Shown piece by piece: positions 44,200-47,127 of a stretch of 47,127 bases of DNA (positions are counted from its first letter, which is position 1; every line of letters begins with the position of its first letter). Made by a program: the position numbers and the translations under genes. Under the pieces are notes generated by a model, which saw nothing but the letters and a program-made list of their open reading frames with translations, ran no database searches and was not told where the DNA came from. This stretch comes from a virus (Duplodnaviria > Heunggongvirae > Uroviricota > Caudoviricetes). The DNA lies in IMG/VR virus record IMGVR_UViG_3300037502_002518, positions 69,712 through 116,838 of that record; one strand, written 5' to 3'.

Positions 44200-46560
44200 G
44201 GGGCATTCATATGTATAGGGTAAAATGTACTAATGGGGAAAGTATAGGGATTTATTGGTTAACATGTAGATGTGATTTTTTGATATTTTATGTGTAATTA
44301 TAATGGTACAAAAGACCTAAAAAAGCTGTTTTCTAAAAGTATGTAGGTTTTGTGTGGATGAAGTTGTGTTTTTGGGTGCTATTTTTTATCTTAAATTTAA
44401 TGGGTTAGGAATATACTTTATTTTTATAGAATTGGGACATTTTAGGAGTGAAAATTTTTTATTCTAAATTGAATGATTTTGAGTGTATTTGACTGATTTT
44501 TGAGTTTTTACCCGTTTTCCAAAAGTAAGCATAAGAGTGTTGGACGTATGGTTTGTATTTTTAGACTTATGATGAATAGGTCTATTTTTTTGTCATTTTT
44601 TAGATGTGTTATATGTAGGCTTTAATTGCTTAACTTTGGAAAACAGATATGACTACCGATTTTATGAGTCATTTTTAATGCTGGGAATAGATTTTAATTG
44701 GGTGTAGGGACTACCGATTTTGTGGTAAAAATTTATGGGAAATAATGTGTTTTTTAGGTGGGTATGAGTGATGTGTATAGGTGTTCATTTGGGAAATGAA
44801 GTTTTGTACTTGGGAAATAATGTATTGATGTGTAAATGGAGTTGGTTATGTATGGGGAAATGAAGTTATTGTGATGAAAAGTAGGTGAATGTTATGAGAG
44901 TTAAAAATGGAGTGTAAATGGGTGTTAAAAATGATGTTAGGACTTTTGTAATGGTGGTAGTGATTGGGGTAGGTATTTGTTGGTTTAAAAGGGTGTGCAT
45001 TTTAGGTGGATTGATGATGGGTGAATGAAGGGTGTGTTGTGAGAAGCGATTTTAAGGGAATGAGATAAGGTTTTGTTGGTGATTGGTTGAGTGGGTTGAC
45101 GTTGGTTTGGATGATGGTTGAGATGATGTTGTTGGATGAGGTTGGTTTTGATGTGTGTACATATAGAGAATATATGAGTGAACGTGTGAATGAATGTGCA
45201 GATGTTATGGTTTTGTAACATGCGGTTAGGTTGAGGCAATGACTGGATGAGTTGGGTGATGGGTTGAATTTTGTTTAGATTGAATGATTGAATGGTTGAA
45301 TGGTTGATGGGTTGGAAAATGAGTTGGGAAGTGGTATGTAGTTTTGGTGTAGGTTTTTAGTGCTTAAAATTGGTTTGAAAATTGGTTATGAGTTTTGGTG
45401 TATATGTCACTAGGGGTTTTGTGAAATGGCAGGAATTTCCAAAGTTGTAAAATATCCCCCACCTACGAACAACCATACGAACAGTTTATATATAATTGGC
45501 GTTATATATAACGAAGGGGAACACCAGTTTTTAAATGGAGTAAACTTCCATATTTACCATAGGTGAGGACATTTACCTATTTTTTGACAATTTTATAATC
45601 TGGGAAAATTTTTAAAATTATGGAAGATTTCTTCCAGTTCTAGACTGGGTGAAATATGGATATTTTTTGGGACTACTGGGACAAATTACCTATGGCACTT
45701 ACTTTTTGTAAGTTAGTTATAAAAAGATAACTAACGTTATTAAAATTAATTTATTAAGTTTTTAACCTTAATCTAACTTTTTATAACCTTAATTTTAACT
45801 TAATACTAACTTAATTTAATCCTACAATCTAACTTTATTTTACTAACAATCTAACTTAATCCTATCACTTTTATAACTTTAATTCTCTTCCACTTTTAAC
45901 TTAATAAAGTTATTTTATTAAGTAATTTTAACTTAATAAATTTATTTAATTAAGTTCTTAATTATAATCATTCTAATCTAATAATCATTATAATCTAACC
46001 TATCACCTTCCATATACTACCATTTTATCCTTATGCATATTTATTCATTACATTGTATATCTATACACTTACTTCCTTTCATTTCCTTTCATTAATCTTC
46101 CATATTCTACCACCATACCTTCCATATTTTAGGTGATTATTCACTATGTCAAGTAATTTTACTTGATATTTGTAAGGCAAAATAAAGCCCGTAGAGACGT
46201 TTTAAGCTTTTCAGGTATATTTACATTCAAGACCACCTTAAAACAAAAAGCATACTTTTTTAAAAAAGTCAATACATTTATTTTTCTTTTTACTATTGAC
46301 AAGTTTATTGTTCGATGCTTTCCGAACGTTTTCACCGACCACGTTGAAATTGTTCGTGTTTTCATTTTACTTCCACTATCTACTATTTATTCCACTATCT
46401 GCCATTTATTACATTTACTTACATTACTAACACTTCCTACCATTTACCATTTACTTCCATTTAATTACCATTTAATTTCCATAAAACTTTCTATTGACTT
46501 TCATCATCATCTATGTTATTTACACGTGTGCGCACACGTGCGCATGCACATGCACGTTTT
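44200..46560. other. Long non-coding, strand-asymmetric region (G/T-rich left arm, C/A/T-rich right arm); candidate genome terminus/packaging region
   Basis: C-free runs 44810-44942 and 45244-45362, G-free run 45759-45908, no credible ORFs. Confidence 0.6.
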
Positions 46561-46733
46561 TTGCCATATAATGAAGAAAAAAAATATTTGCGATTTTTTA
46601 AAGTTTTTTTAAAAAAGTGGTTTAAACTATCTCTTTTCTGGTTATATACAAGTATAGCAAGTTACTAATAAGCAAGTTAAAACTTATTACAATAGTATTT
46701 TAAAAGTTTTTTAAACTTTTTTAAAAAAGGGGG

Positions 46734-46763
46734 TTTACAATAACATTGTTATCATGATATATT
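46734..46763 (+). promoter_or_regulatory. sigmaA-type promoter (tandem cluster, 1)
   Basis: TTTACA-18-TATATT, TG in the spacer, A/T-tract UP element. Confidence 0.6.
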
Positions 46764-46833
46764 AAATGTGTCGAAAGCAAACGACGTTAAAAAATTCCCA
46801 GTAATTACCAAAAAAATAAATTGAAAAAAGTTA

Positions 46834-46863
46834 TTGACAATAACTAATCTTTCGATTTATAAT
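46834..46863 (+). promoter_or_regulatory. sigmaA-type promoter (tandem cluster, 2)
   Basis: TTGACA-18-TATAAT with A-tract UP element. Confidence 0.8.
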
Positions 46864-46932
46864 AGGGACGTACCCAACAAGGGGACAAAAAAATGGTAAA
46901 CATTACCAATTAAATAAAAGTGAAAAAAATTG

Positions 46933-46961
46933 TTGACAACAACAAACCATTCATTTATAAT
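46933..46961 (+). promoter_or_regulatory. sigmaA-type promoter (tandem cluster, 3)
   Basis: TTGACA-17-TATAAT with A-tract UP element. Confidence 0.85.
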
Positions 46962-47127
46962 TGGTTTTGTAAGCAACACAGCAACACGATTTGCCAAGTT
47001 TTACCAAGTATTAAAACTTTACTTGAAGTGGTTGCCCACTTGAAAAAGTTTAGGAAGGCAGGAAAAATCTTCCATACAATCTTTAAAGATTGTTACTACA
47101 AACGCAAGCCACGACTCTTGTCAATGT

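Noticed and set aside
44985-46612. ORFs 44985..45239 (-), 46159..46365 (-) and 46163..46612 (+)
   Set aside because: His/Thr/Leu/Phe-biased translations that follow from the low-complexity strand skew. No RBS.
1-47127. DGR template repeat, avd gene or intact RT
   Set aside because: I found no second copy of the VR sequence and no YxDD RT core by eye. They may lie outside the window.

Overview
AT-rich segment of a large Bacillota (Bacillales-type) siphophage or prophage whose gene order resembles the SPbeta-like family. Most genes are on the minus strand. From right to left: a ~3.2 kb ORF-free control or terminus region (43.9-47.1 kb); a putative replicon module (wHTH protein, four perfect DnaA boxes, two 128-bp palindromic elements, a YopP-like tyrosine-recombinase-fold protein); RecD2 helicase; a putative late transcription factor; HU; PhoH; a cluster of one intron-split tRNA and three aberrant tRNA-like genes; YonK/YonJ-like genes; terminase, portal, head, neck and tail genes; a second tyrosine recombinase inside the tail operon; a 2381-aa tape measure protein; and tail-tip genes. 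Notable features: (1) a relic diversity-generating retroelement (CLec target with a VR, followed directly by only the C-terminal ~65 aa of the DGR reverse transcriptase); (2) a T4-gp5-like spike end plus a PAAR-like cap gene on a sheath-less tail; (3) a Dit gene split in two around an inserted gene; (4) a 237-nt group I intron after U34 of tRNA-Arg(UCU), in a cluster where every anticodon loop is abnormal; (5) a 52-bp motif present twice (candidate late promoter); (6) a G-rich/C-rich mirror region with a 37-bp perfect purine-pyrimidine alternation upstream of tandem consensus sigmaA promoters. All family assignments come from recalled motifs and synteny. No searches or folding programs were run.
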